Below are positions 29,001 to 37,668 of a DNA stretch of 62,980 bases, in pieces. Numbering within the stretch: the stretch's first letter is position 1; every line of letters begins with the position of its first letter. The notes under the pieces were generated by a model that was given only the letters and a program-made list of their open reading frames with translations, had not been told where the DNA came from and did not search any database. The position numbers were made by a program, and so were the translations under genes. Origin of the DNA: an uncultured bacterium (lineage in GTDB: Bacteria > Patescibacteriota > Minisyncoccia > Phycocordibacterales > UBA9973); contig CAIMAO010000014.1 in assembly GCA_903838985.1 (NCBI GenBank), positions 1-62,980 of the forward strand, read 5' to 3'.

Positions 29001-29529
29001 TCATTTAGCAGAATGGCCCTTCGCTATCGCTCAGGACTTTCAGCCAGAAGTTTTAAAAAATATGGCAGAAATTAGAAAGATAGTTTCTCTTGGATTTGAT
29101 GCTCGTCAAAAAGCTGGTATAAAAGTTCGTCAGCCTCTTTCTGTATTAAAATTTAAGATAGAAAATAAATTATCTGATGAATTACTTTCTTTAGTTAAAG
29201 ATGAAGTCAATGTAAAAGAAGTAATTTTTGATAAAAACATTGAAGGAGAAATATTTTTAGACATAAACATTACCTCAGAATTGAAACAAGAGGGGGATTA
29301 TCGAGAATTAGTAAGAGCTATTCAAGATATGCGTAAAAAAATGGGACTTACTCCAAGTGACGTGGTTTCTGTCACTATTGAAACGAATGATGAAGGTAAA
29401 AATTTGATCCAAAAATTTGAAAATGATTTAGTAAAAGTTATTCTTGCTTCAAAAATTGAATTCAAAACTAATGAAGGTGAAGAAATAAAAATTGACGAAA
29501 TGGTATTCAAAACATCTATTCAAAAATGA
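26020..29529 (+). CDS. ileS: Isoleucine--tRNA ligase (type 2) carrying an internal histidine-phosphatase (PGAM-like) domain
   Basis: PHYGHILG (HIGH), WTISRNRYW, KMSKSK and DCWFESGSMP motifs. A ~190-aa insert carries RHG (FVMRHGGAESN), SDFMRTKETA and IVTHEG motifs. Confidence 0.9.
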   Translation: MDANKENKSETAFREERILEFWKENNVFEKSLEKEAPKGNYVFYDGPPFATGLPHYGHILGSVTKDVIGRYQTMSGFSVPRRWGWDCHGLPIENIVEKDLNISGKKAIEEMGIDKFVEYARSKVLTYVSEWEKTVNRIGRWVDFNNSYKTMDNTFIESVWWALGELNKKELLYEGVRVLAYCPRCETPIANSEIAMDNSYKDITDISVYVKFKLKPGQKFGKNEDGECTTRDSAYVIAWTTTPWTLPGNTALAVSKDVSYSAVRIDDKEELLFVATELVNKIFKDHKIEIVRTFMGSGLIGLSYEPIFDYYKNIDMPNKENIWKVWHADFVTTDVGTGIVHEAPAFGEDDMNLAKEHSIPFIRHVEPNGTFSKEVLDFVGIKVKPKEDHQSTDVLIIKFLAKNGTLFAKEKIIHSYPHCYRCETPLLYYALPSWFVNIQKVKKDLLKNAEIMNWIPAHLKDGRFKNTMESAPDWTISRNRYWASPLPIWKSDSNEIMFVNSIEDLKKKTKKSGNKYFVMRHGGAESNLKDTVSSKVEDVDHLTEEGRKEVLKSVLELKDKKIDLIIASDFMRTKETAEIVQRELGLSSDQLIFDKRLWELCAGVFDGKTWQEYSDFRKGKDWYSYVPEDGESWKQMKRRTIEFLYEIEEKYKGKNILIVTHEGPARSFFVGSQGLSDIETIKVLESDELGFKNAQVRNIEFVPLPHNENYELDLHRPYIDKIVLVDEKGKEYKRIPEVIDCWFESGSMPFAQDHYPFENLDWKDKNFPSGFVAEYIAQTRTWFYYTHVISSILFNQAPFKNVVTTGTILAEDGQKMSKSKNNFPDPWILFNKYGVDALRFYLMSCPVMKGEDINFLEKAVQDISNKIINRLNNVLAFYELYRDRELETLEYEKSDDILDQWIVSRLNELITETTDGMEKYDMSLATKPFDLFIGDLSTWYLRRSRDRIKDGDKNAKQTLYFVLKTLAKLMAPFAPFSAEDIWLRLKNEKEVESVHLAEWPFAIAQDFQPEVLKNMAEIRKIVSLGFDARQKAGIKVRQPLSVLKFKIENKLSDELLSLVKDEVNVKEVIFDKNIEGEIFLDINITSELKQEGDYRELVRAIQDMRKKMGLTPSDVVSVTIETNDEGKNLIQKFENDLVKVILASKIEFKTNEGEEIKIDEMVFKTSIQK
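29018..29037 (+). repeat. Diverged copy of the G/C-rich motif inside ileS (ccttcgctatcgctcaggac)
   Basis: Shares ccttcg...gctcaggac with the argS/ftsK 20-mer. Translated as PFAIAQD. Confidence 0.6.
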
Positions 29530-30146
29530 ATTTAGAAAATAAAAAACTTGTTTTGTTTGATTTTGATGGGGTGTTGGTAGACACCTTGTTGGTTTGTTAT
29601 TCTATCAATGCTGAAATTCATGAAAACTTATCGTTAGAAGAATATAAAACATTCTTTTTAGGTAATATTTATAGTGCCATTAGAAAAGATGGAACACCTA
29701 AGATATCTTTACCTGAGTTTCCAGAGTTATATGAATTAAGAACAAGAGAAATAATAATTCCTGAGATACTGAAATCTATTTTAAAAGAATTATCTGACTC
29801 TTATATTTTGATAGTTATTTCATCTACCCATACTAAACAAATAAAAAAAATATTAGAAAGAGAAAATGTTTTAGAATGTTTTACTGATATTTTAGGTTCA
29901 GATGTTGAACGAAATAAAGTTATTAAAATAAATTCTGCTTTAGAAAAATATAATATTTCATCGAAGGATGTTGTATTTATCACAGACACTGTCGGTGATG
30001 TCAAAGAAGCGAGGGAATGTGGTGTAGAAGCTATAGCTGTGACATGGGGTTTTCATGACAAAGAGACATTGGAAAAAGTGAATCCAATTGCAATTGTTGA
30101 TGACCCCAAAAATTTATTAAAGATAATTAATAAGGTATTAGAATAG
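29526..30146 (+). CDS. HAD-superfamily hydrolase
   Basis: Motif I LFDFDGVLVDT. C-terminal TDTVGD acidic motif. ATGA overlap with the ileS stop. Confidence 0.75.
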   Translation: MNLENKKLVLFDFDGVLVDTLLVCYSINAEIHENLSLEEYKTFFLGNIYSAIRKDGTPKISLPEFPELYELRTREIIIPEILKSILKELSDSYILIVISSTHTKQIKKILERENVLECFTDILGSDVERNKVIKINSALEKYNISSKDVVFITDTVGDVKEARECGVEAIAVTWGFHDKETLEKVNPIAIVDDPKNLLKIINKVLE

Positions 30147-30206
30147 GCTTATTTATTGGTGGGGATTATGTAGTTTATAAATTGAAGAATATAGTATAAT
30201 TTAAAT

Positions 30207-30767
30207 ATGGAAGATTTTATAAAAGAAGCACGAAGGTTAGCATATTCTGAAGTAGAAAGGACAAATATGCCTGTGAAAGCTCATGTTGATTTATCTACAA
30301 AGATAGCAAAAAAATTAGCAAAAGAACTGGGGGCAAATATTGATATTGTTGAGGCTGGAACTTTGCTTATGGATTGTGTAATTGGACAAGCATTAAAAGA
30401 AAATAGGCAAAAGGATCATATTAAAATGTCACTTGATAGAGCAAATGAACTTTTGGTTAACTCTTCCTTGTCTGAGATAGAAAGAGAAAATATTCGTCAT
30501 TGTATTTTGGAACATCATGGAGTTAATAAATTTTATTCTTTAGAATCCGAGATTTGTTGCAATGCAGATTGTTATAGGTTTATCTCAATTAAAGGCTTTT
30601 CTTTTGCTGTACGATATTTAAGAGATATGCCTTTTAGTGATCTAGTTGTATTGTTAAATGACAAAGCAAATGAAAAATGGAATGCTTTGAGCCTTGATAT
30701 GGTTAAGAAAGAACTTGAACCACAATATAAAACAATTCTTGAGATATTAGAAGAGCTAAAAAAATAA
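30207..30767 (+). CDS. HD-domain-like protein
   Basis: Weak HD-type signature (ILEHHG) only. TATAAT (30195-30200) lies 6 nt before the ATG. Confidence 0.4.
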   Translation: MEDFIKEARRLAYSEVERTNMPVKAHVDLSTKIAKKLAKELGANIDIVEAGTLLMDCVIGQALKENRQKDHIKMSLDRANELLVNSSLSEIERENIRHCILEHHGVNKFYSLESEICCNADCYRFISIKGFSFAVRYLRDMPFSDLVVLLNDKANEKWNALSLDMVKKELEPQYKTILEILEELKK

Positions 30768-30779
30768 TTTTGTAAATTT

Positions 30780-31364
30780 ATGAAAAAAGTATTTATAGTA
30801 CATGGTTTTGGGGGGATGCCAAACGGAGGTTGGATTCCTTGGCTGATGCAAGAATTAGCTCAAAAAAGAGTGTCTGCTTGTGCATTATCTATGCCAGACT
30901 CGAAAGAACCTGTTGTCTCAAAATGGATAGAAGAAATTGCTCATGCTGTAAATAATTCTTTGGAAGATGAAATATATTTAGTAGGGCATAGTTTGGGTGT
31001 GCCAGCAATATTGAGGTATTTGGAATCTACCTCAATAGACAAAAAAATTTCTGGTGTTTTGTTAATGTCTGGTTTTATTAGTCCGCTAGAACCTGAAAAT
31101 AAAGAAAGTAATTATCGTAAAATAGATTCTTTTGTTGTTCCTGAAATAGATTTTAATAAAATAAAAGATAAATCAGATAAATTTGTCGTATTTCATAGTA
31201 TTGATGATCCTGCTGTCCCGTTTTCTCACGGAGAAAAGATTTCTATTGCATTAAATTGTGAGCTTGTAAAAACAGAAAAAGGTGGACATTTTTATATTTT
31301 ATCTGAACCTATCTGTTATAAAATTCCAGAAGTCTTAAGCATAATGGAAAAAATTTTAAGCTAA
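30780..31364 (+). CDS. Small alpha/beta serine hydrolase (YdeN/RBBP9-like)
   Basis: IVHGFGG and the nucleophile elbow VGHSLG. ~190 aa. Confidence 0.65.
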   Translation: MKKVFIVHGFGGMPNGGWIPWLMQELAQKRVSACALSMPDSKEPVVSKWIEEIAHAVNNSLEDEIYLVGHSLGVPAILRYLESTSIDKKISGVLLMSGFISPLEPENKESNYRKIDSFVVPEIDFNKIKDKSDKFVVFHSIDDPAVPFSHGEKISIALNCELVKTEKGGHFYILSEPICYKIPEVLSIMEKILS

Positions 31365-31942
31365 TGCATCATATTTATCACACAGAAGGCATAATATTGA
31401 GTAGTGCAAATTTTGGAGAAACAGGAAAATACTATTCTATCTTTACTCGTGACTTAGGTATGATATATGCTTCGGCACAAGGCGTACGAAAAATGTCTTC
31501 GAAACTTCGTTTTGTTTTGCAAGATTTTGCTTATGTAAAAATTGATTTTGTAAAAGGGAAAGATTTTTGGAGGATTACGAGTGCTTCAAAAACAAACAAA
31601 CTTGAAAAATTGTCTAGATCAGAAGTTTTTGAAGTTTTTGTAAACATTTCTAAATTATTAAAACGCTTACTGGCGGGGGAAGACCCAAATAAAATTTTGT
31701 TTCTCGATTTATTAAATTGTTTATCAGTTTTGGAAGAAACAAAAAGCAAAGATGAATTGCGTAATATTGAGGCTATTATTGTTTTGCGTATCTTAAATAA
31801 CTTAGGATATATAGGAGGTGATGAAGTATTAAAAGATTTTATTAAATCACCATTTGAGGAAGATTTGTTGTTTAGAGTCTCTAGTAGTAGGGATAAAATA
31901 TTGTATCAAATCAATAAAGCACTTAAAGAAACTCATCTATAA
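31364..31942 (+). CDS. recO: DNA repair protein RecO
   Basis: N-terminal OB-type pattern TEGIILSSANFGETGKYYSIFTRDLGMIYASAQGVRK typical of RecO. Confidence 0.7.
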   Translation: MHHIYHTEGIILSSANFGETGKYYSIFTRDLGMIYASAQGVRKMSSKLRFVLQDFAYVKIDFVKGKDFWRITSASKTNKLEKLSRSEVFEVFVNISKLLKRLLAGEDPNKILFLDLLNCLSVLEETKSKDELRNIEAIIVLRILNNLGYIGGDEVLKDFIKSPFEEDLLFRVSSSRDKILYQINKALKETHL

Positions 31943-32002
31943 TTCGCATTTAAACTTTTGTAGGGATTTTAAAATACCATGTGTAATGGTATAATATAAC
32001 AG

Positions 32003-33934
32003 ATGTCGCCTTATGATAGAGATAAATTAAATAAACTGGAGGATTTAAAAAGTAAGCTTTTTAATAAAAATTATGAACCGAAAATTGAGCATCGTGACAT
32101 ATTTCCTCATTTTCAGAAAATGGATGTGGTAGATACTTGGGCAGAGAAAGAAAATTCTGGTCCAGACTTTAGAGAAAAGTTTTTTATGAAAACGTCTATG
32201 TTTAAGAAATTTTTTATATTTTCAATAGTTTTTTTTGTTTTAGCTTTAGGTTATGCAGCCTATATGTTTTTTGGTAATAGTAATAGTGTTTCTAATGACA
32301 ATATTGATATTGCAGTTTTGAGTAATGCTTTCACTTCGGGGGGGGAAGAATATCCACTTTTGCTTGAAATAACCAATAAAAATAGTTCACCACTTGAACT
32401 CGTAGATCTCGTCATAGAGTATCCAAAAAGCTCCGAGAGCACTTTAACAAGTGATAATGAACATTTGCGTGTATCTCTCGGTACGATACCTGCTGGTGGA
32501 GTAAAAAATGAAAATGTTAAATTTGTTTTGTATGGTGAACAAGGAAGCACTCGTCCGATAAAAATTTCTCTTGAATACAGAGTTGAAGGTTCAAATGCTA
32601 TCTTTATTAAAGACAAAACCTATGAAGTTTCTATTAGTTCTACCCCGATAAATCTTTCTGTAGATGCTCCCAATGAAGCAAGTGCAAATCAAGACATAAA
32701 TCTAAATGTTAAGGCTACATTAAATTCTACTAAACCAGTTTCTAATATGTTGTTAAAAATGGATTATCCTATTGGTTTCCAGTTTACTAGTGCTACACCA
32801 GCTCCTTCAATAGGAAATAATGTTTGGTATTTGGGAGACTTAGCTCCTGGAGCCGAACATAGCATAGCTATAGTCGGTAGGATGATAGATGTTTTTGATG
32901 GAGAAGAAAAGGTATTTCGTGCTTGGAGTGGTTCCCAATCTACAGAAGATAAATCTCAAATAGGTGTTGTGTTTAATTCTTTAGAGCATCCAGTGATGAT
33001 TAAAAAATCTTCAATTGATGCAAAGCTTGTAATAAATGGTGTCACAAATAGTGAATACGCCGTAGATACAAAAACTCCGATTCAGGGTTTGATACATTGG
33101 ACGAACAATTTAGAAACAAAAATAAATAATTTAAAAATTACAGCAAAAATTTCTGGTAATGCCGTAAATCGTAAAACAATAACAGCAGGTGATGGTTTTT
33201 ACGATTCTTCACAAGATACAATAACTTGGGATAAAAATTCACAAGATAAATTTGCAGAGGTAAATCCAAATGATTCTGGTGATGTATCTTTTTCATTTTC
33301 TCCGACAGCCCTATTCTCAGCTTCGGGCGGACTTGTCTCTTCTCCGACAGCTAATATAGACATCTCTATCACAGGAGAACAAGCACAGGGTGGTGGGGTT
33401 GTCACAGAGCTTGGAAATAAACAATCAAGGGTAATAAAAATAATTTCAGATGTTGGACTTTCCAACAAAGCACTTTATTATTCTGGTTATTTTAAAAATA
33501 GTGGACCAATACCTCCTAAGGTAGGACAAAAAACTACATACACTATTGTATGGTCTCTTTCTAATACAGCTAATAATATTTCAAAAGCTCAAGTGCATTC
33601 AGTGTTGCCATCTTGGGTGCGTTTTGTTGGTCCAATATCTCCAGCCACAGAAGATTTAGTTTACAATCCTTCAACAAAAGAAATAGTCTGGAATATAGGG
33701 GGAATTCCAAGTGGCACAGGTATTACCGGATCGGGAAGAGATGTATCTTTCCAAATTGAGCTCACTCCTTCACTTTCTCAAGTTGGCTTAACTCCGACAA
33801 TTATAAATGATGCGACTTTGACCGGACACGATGATTTTGCTAATGTAGATATACGAGTTAATAAGTCTTCACTCAACACTAGACTTTTGAATGATGCTAG
33901 TTTCCCTTCAGATGGTAGTGATGTAGTAGAATAA
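32003..33934 (+). CDS. Membrane-anchored extracellular protein of unknown function
   Basis: 643-aa ORF with one TM helix (FFIFSIVFFVLALGYAAYMFF), then beta-rich domains. TATAAT lies 7 nt before the ATG. Confidence 0.4.
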   Translation: MSPYDRDKLNKLEDLKSKLFNKNYEPKIEHRDIFPHFQKMDVVDTWAEKENSGPDFREKFFMKTSMFKKFFIFSIVFFVLALGYAAYMFFGNSNSVSNDNIDIAVLSNAFTSGGEEYPLLLEITNKNSSPLELVDLVIEYPKSSESTLTSDNEHLRVSLGTIPAGGVKNENVKFVLYGEQGSTRPIKISLEYRVEGSNAIFIKDKTYEVSISSTPINLSVDAPNEASANQDINLNVKATLNSTKPVSNMLLKMDYPIGFQFTSATPAPSIGNNVWYLGDLAPGAEHSIAIVGRMIDVFDGEEKVFRAWSGSQSTEDKSQIGVVFNSLEHPVMIKKSSIDAKLVINGVTNSEYAVDTKTPIQGLIHWTNNLETKINNLKITAKISGNAVNRKTITAGDGFYDSSQDTITWDKNSQDKFAEVNPNDSGDVSFSFSPTALFSASGGLVSSPTANIDISITGEQAQGGGVVTELGNKQSRVIKIISDVGLSNKALYYSGYFKNSGPIPPKVGQKTTYTIVWSLSNTANNISKAQVHSVLPSWVRFVGPISPATEDLVYNPSTKEIVWNIGGIPSGTGITGSGRDVSFQIELTPSLSQVGLTPTIINDATLTGHDDFANVDIRVNKSSLNTRLLNDASFPSDGSDVVE

Positions 33935-33947
33935 GTTATAAAGTAAT

Positions 33948-35279
33948 ATGGAAAAAGAAAATAACAATTTAATGGAGAAAATAGTTTCACTTTGCAAGAG
34001 AAGAGGATTTATTTTTCCTGGCTCGGAAATTTATGGGGGTTTAGCAGGTACGTATGATTGGGGACATTTTGGAGTAGCTTTGAAGAATAATATAAAACAA
34101 TATTGGTGGAAAAAATTTGTAGATAGTAGACGTGATATGTATGGCATAGATGCAGCAATATTGATGCGTCAAGAAGTTTGGCAAGCATCAGGACATGTGG
34201 CTGGTTTTGCTGATCCAATGATTGAATGTGAAAAATGCAAAGAAAAATATCGCACAGATCAGATTGTAGATAAAAATAAATGTGAAAAATGTGGTGGAAA
34301 ATTAATTGAAGAAAAAATGTTCAATATGATGTTTCAAACGAAAGTCGGAGCGTCAGATGATTCAAGTGCTATCTCATATTTACGTCCAGAGACAGCTCAA
34401 GGTATGTTTGTTAATTTCAAAAATACAGTGGATGCTTTTCATCCTAAACTTCCTTTTGGTATGGCTCAGATAGGTAAGGCTTTTAGAAACGAGATAACTC
34501 CCCGTGATTTTATTTTTCGTGTTCGTGAATTTGAGCAGATGGAAATAGAATATTTTACCAGAGAAGAAGATTGGGAAAAATATTTTGAATATTGGAAAGG
34601 TGAAATGCTTTCTTGGATGGAAGAGGTTGGTATCGATATGAATAAAGTTCATGAACTTGAAGTATTAGCTGAAGATCGTGCACATTATTCCAAAAGAACA
34701 GTAGATTTTGAATTTGATTATCCATTTGGCAAGAAAGAACTTTTTGGTCTCGCATATAGGACTGATTTTGACTTAGCAAATCATAAACTTGATTATATCG
34801 ACGAAGAAAAAAGTGAAAAAATAACTCCGCATGTCATTGAACCAACCTTTGGTGTTGACCGTGCAGTGCTTGCAATATTGTTGTCTTCTTATTTTGAAGA
34901 CCCCGAAGGAAAGCAAGAAGCTTCCAACGGGGCAGGAGAAAAAGAAGGAAGGGTATATCTTAAGTTCAAACCCAGTATTGCTCCAGTTATTTGTGCTGTT
35001 TCGCCTTTATTGAAGAATAAACCAGAATTAGTTGAATATGCTAATACTAAAGTTTTTGCATCTCTTAAAGCAGAATTTGGGCGTGTAATGTGGGATGACA
35101 ATGGTAATATAGGTAAACGTTATCGTCGTCAGGATGAGATAGGCACACCATTTTGTATTGTTGTTGATTTTGATACTCTTACAGATGATACAGTGACTGT
35201 GCGGGATCGTGATACAGGTGAACAAGAGAGGATAAAAGTTTCAGATTTGAAAAACTACATAAAAGAAAAGATAAATTAA
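33948..35279 (+). CDS. glyQS: Glycine--tRNA ligase (alpha2 class II type)
   Basis: RPETAQGMFVNF, FRNEITPR and GVDR motifs, plus a Zn-ribbon CEKCKEK..CEKCGG. Confidence 0.9.
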   Translation: MEKENNNLMEKIVSLCKRRGFIFPGSEIYGGLAGTYDWGHFGVALKNNIKQYWWKKFVDSRRDMYGIDAAILMRQEVWQASGHVAGFADPMIECEKCKEKYRTDQIVDKNKCEKCGGKLIEEKMFNMMFQTKVGASDDSSAISYLRPETAQGMFVNFKNTVDAFHPKLPFGMAQIGKAFRNEITPRDFIFRVREFEQMEIEYFTREEDWEKYFEYWKGEMLSWMEEVGIDMNKVHELEVLAEDRAHYSKRTVDFEFDYPFGKKELFGLAYRTDFDLANHKLDYIDEEKSEKITPHVIEPTFGVDRAVLAILLSSYFEDPEGKQEASNGAGEKEGRVYLKFKPSIAPVICAVSPLLKNKPELVEYANTKVFASLKAEFGRVMWDDNGNIGKRYRRQDEIGTPFCIVVDFDTLTDDTVTVRDRDTGEQERIKVSDLKNYIKEKIN

Positions 35280-36547
35280 TGAAATTCACAAAGAAAGTTT
35301 TAAATAATGGTTTGCGAGTGATAACAGTGCCGATGAAGGATAACCCCACGGCAACTGTTTTAGTGTTGGTAGAAGCTGGTTCTAAATATGAGACAAAAGA
35401 AATAAATGGTTTATCTCATTTTTTGGAGCATATGTGTTTTAAGGGTACAGTGAAAAGGCCAAAAGCGATAGATATTTCAAAAGAGTTAGATGCTCTTGGC
35501 TCACAATATAATGCTTTTACATCTCAAGAATACACAGGATATTACGCCAAATCAGATGCAAAGCATTTTAGTAAAATTTTTGATATCGTTTCAGATATTT
35601 ATTTGAACTCCACTTTCCCAGAAGCCGAAATGCAAAAAGAAAAAGGTGTGATTATTGAAGAAATAAATATGTACGAAGATCTTCCAAACAGACATGTTCA
35701 AGATTTAATGATGGAGCTTCTGTATGGTGATCAACCAGCAGGGTGGAATATAGCTGGTCCAAAGAAAAATATTTTAAACATGAAGCGTGATAATTTTGTA
35801 GAATATAAGAAAAATCATTATCTTCCAGAAGCCACAGTGATAATAGTTGCAGGGCAAGTAAAAGAGAGTGATGTTTTAAAAGAAGTAAATAGGGTTTTTA
35901 ATAAAATTCCAAGTGGTAAAAAAGCATCTAAATTAAAAGTAAAAGAAATACAAAAAAAGCCAGAAGTTTTAGTAAAATATAAAAAAACAGACCAAACGCA
36001 TTTTGTTTTGGGTGTTCGAAGCTTTGATTTGTTTAATAAAAAAAATACTGTGCTTGCTGTCTTGGGTGGAGTTTTGGGTGGAGGAATGAGTTCAAGACTT
36101 TTCCAAAAATTACGTGAAGAAATGGGTGTAGGATATTACGTTCGTGCTTATAACGATGCTTATACAGATCATGGATTTTTCCAGATTTCTGCAGGAGTAG
36201 ATAATAAAAGAATTTATGAAGTAATTGAAGCGGTTTTAGAAGAATGTAAAAAATTAAAAAATGAAAAAGTTAGTCTCGAGGAATTAAATAAAGTTAAAGA
36301 ATGCTTGATAGGAAACATGAAGCTTTCCTTAGAATCCAGTGACGATATTGCAAATTTTTATGGAGGACAGGAACTTTTGAAAAAAGAAATGAAAAGTTCA
36401 GAAGAAAAAGCAGAAGAAATACGAAAAATTACAGCAACTCAAATTAAAACATTAGCGAATGAGATATTTGCTAATGAAAAACTCAACTTAGCACTCATTG
36501 GGCCTTTTAAAGATAAAGCAAAATTCTCAAAAATACTAGGATTTTAA
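35279..36547 (+). CDS. M16-family (pitrilysin-like) zinc peptidase
   Basis: Inverted zinc motif HFLEH (HxxEH) followed by MCFKGT. Confidence 0.8.
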   Translation: MKFTKKVLNNGLRVITVPMKDNPTATVLVLVEAGSKYETKEINGLSHFLEHMCFKGTVKRPKAIDISKELDALGSQYNAFTSQEYTGYYAKSDAKHFSKIFDIVSDIYLNSTFPEAEMQKEKGVIIEEINMYEDLPNRHVQDLMMELLYGDQPAGWNIAGPKKNILNMKRDNFVEYKKNHYLPEATVIIVAGQVKESDVLKEVNRVFNKIPSGKKASKLKVKEIQKKPEVLVKYKKTDQTHFVLGVRSFDLFNKKNTVLAVLGGVLGGGMSSRLFQKLREEMGVGYYVRAYNDAYTDHGFFQISAGVDNKRIYEVIEAVLEECKKLKNEKVSLEELNKVKECLIGNMKLSLESSDDIANFYGGQELLKKEMKSSEEKAEEIRKITATQIKTLANEIFANEKLNLALIGPFKDKAKFSKILGF

Positions 36548-36585
36548 TTATTTCAAAAGTTAGGTAATTGTGTTATTATAACTTT

Positions 36586-37668
36586 ATGTCTGAAAAGAAT
36601 AACATAAATTCTATTTCAATATCTACCGGTACAATAATCCGATTCTTTTTGGTTGCACTTGGTTTATATTTGATTTGGTTTTTGAGGAGCATTTTCTTGG
36701 TTCTTTTGACTGCTATTATTATCGCTTCTTTTGTTGAATCAGCCTTACCTTATTTCAAAAAAATAAAGATAAATAGAGTCTTGGGAGTGGTTATTTTATA
36801 CGTATTTTCTATTCTTTTTTTAGCTTTGTTTTTTTACCTTTTTGCTCCACTTCTTATAACAGAAGTTTATAATCTTTCTAATTTCTTATCTTCTTATATT
36901 CCAGATTCCACGATTTTAAATTATTTTAGAAATGATGCATTTTCTGGTGCTAAAGACATTGTTAATAATCTTTCTCACAGTCTTTCTCTTACAACACTTA
37001 TTTCTACTTCAAATGCTTTTGTCACAAACTTGTCTGGAGGATTTTTCCAAGTACTTTCTGTGGCCTTTGGTAGCATATTCAATGTTGTACTTATTGTTCT
37101 TATTTCCTTTTATCTTTCAATAGAAGAAAATGGTATAGAAAAGTTTTTGAGAATTATTTTACCGATAGAGCATGAAGAATATGCTGTAGATTTATGGAAA
37201 CGTTCCCGTAGAAAGATTGCATTGTGGATGAAAGGGCAAATGTTGCTCGGTGTTCTCATCGCTATTTTGACTTACTTAATGCTTTCTTTGATAGGCATTG
37301 AATATGCTCTTCTTTTGGCTATTATTGCAGGAATAATGGAGCTCATACCTTATGGTATTTTGGTTGCACTTATCCCAGCTGTATATTTTTCTTATCTTTC
37401 AGGGGGGCTTTCAAGTGCTTTAGTTGTAACTGGTGCTTATACGATACTTCACCAATTTGAAGTTTTCTTGTTTTCTCCTTTAGTTATAAAAAATGTAGTA
37501 GGTCTTTCTCCACTTGTTGTTATTATTGCGGCATTAGTTGGTTTTGAACTTGGTGGCTTCTGGGGTTTAGTACTTGCCATTCCTGTGGCTGTATTTGTTA
37601 TGGAATTACTTGGTGATATTGAAAAACATAAAACTTTTAATAGAACAACAAATGACGAAACAAAATAG
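36586..37668 (+). CDS. AI-2E/PerM-family (UPF0118) membrane transporter
   Basis: Polytopic membrane ORF with the family's typical length and C-terminal ALIPAVYF...GL..VLAIP pattern. Start set at MSEKNNINS. Confidence 0.6.
   Translation: MSEKNNINSISISTGTIIRFFLVALGLYLIWFLRSIFLVLLTAIIIASFVESALPYFKKIKINRVLGVVILYVFSILFLALFFYLFAPLLITEVYNLSNFLSSYIPDSTILNYFRNDAFSGAKDIVNNLSHSLSLTTLISTSNAFVTNLSGGFFQVLSVAFGSIFNVVLIVLISFYLSIEENGIEKFLRIILPIEHEEYAVDLWKRSRRKIALWMKGQMLLGVLIAILTYLMLSLIGIEYALLLAIIAGIMELIPYGILVALIPAVYFSYLSGGLSSALVVTGAYTILHQFEVFLFSPLVIKNVVGLSPLVVIIAALVGFELGGFWGLVLAIPVAVFVMELLGDIEKHKTFNRTTNDETK

Noticed and set aside
37574-37651. 5' extensions of track ORFs for metG (37574), the AI-2E transporter (36568), dut (22358), argS (22797), rnhA (13641), glyA (18739) and the wHTH gene (60982).
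   Set aside because: The extensions overlap upstream genes or repeats and lack homology to the families. Internal ATGs that give canonical N-termini were used instead.
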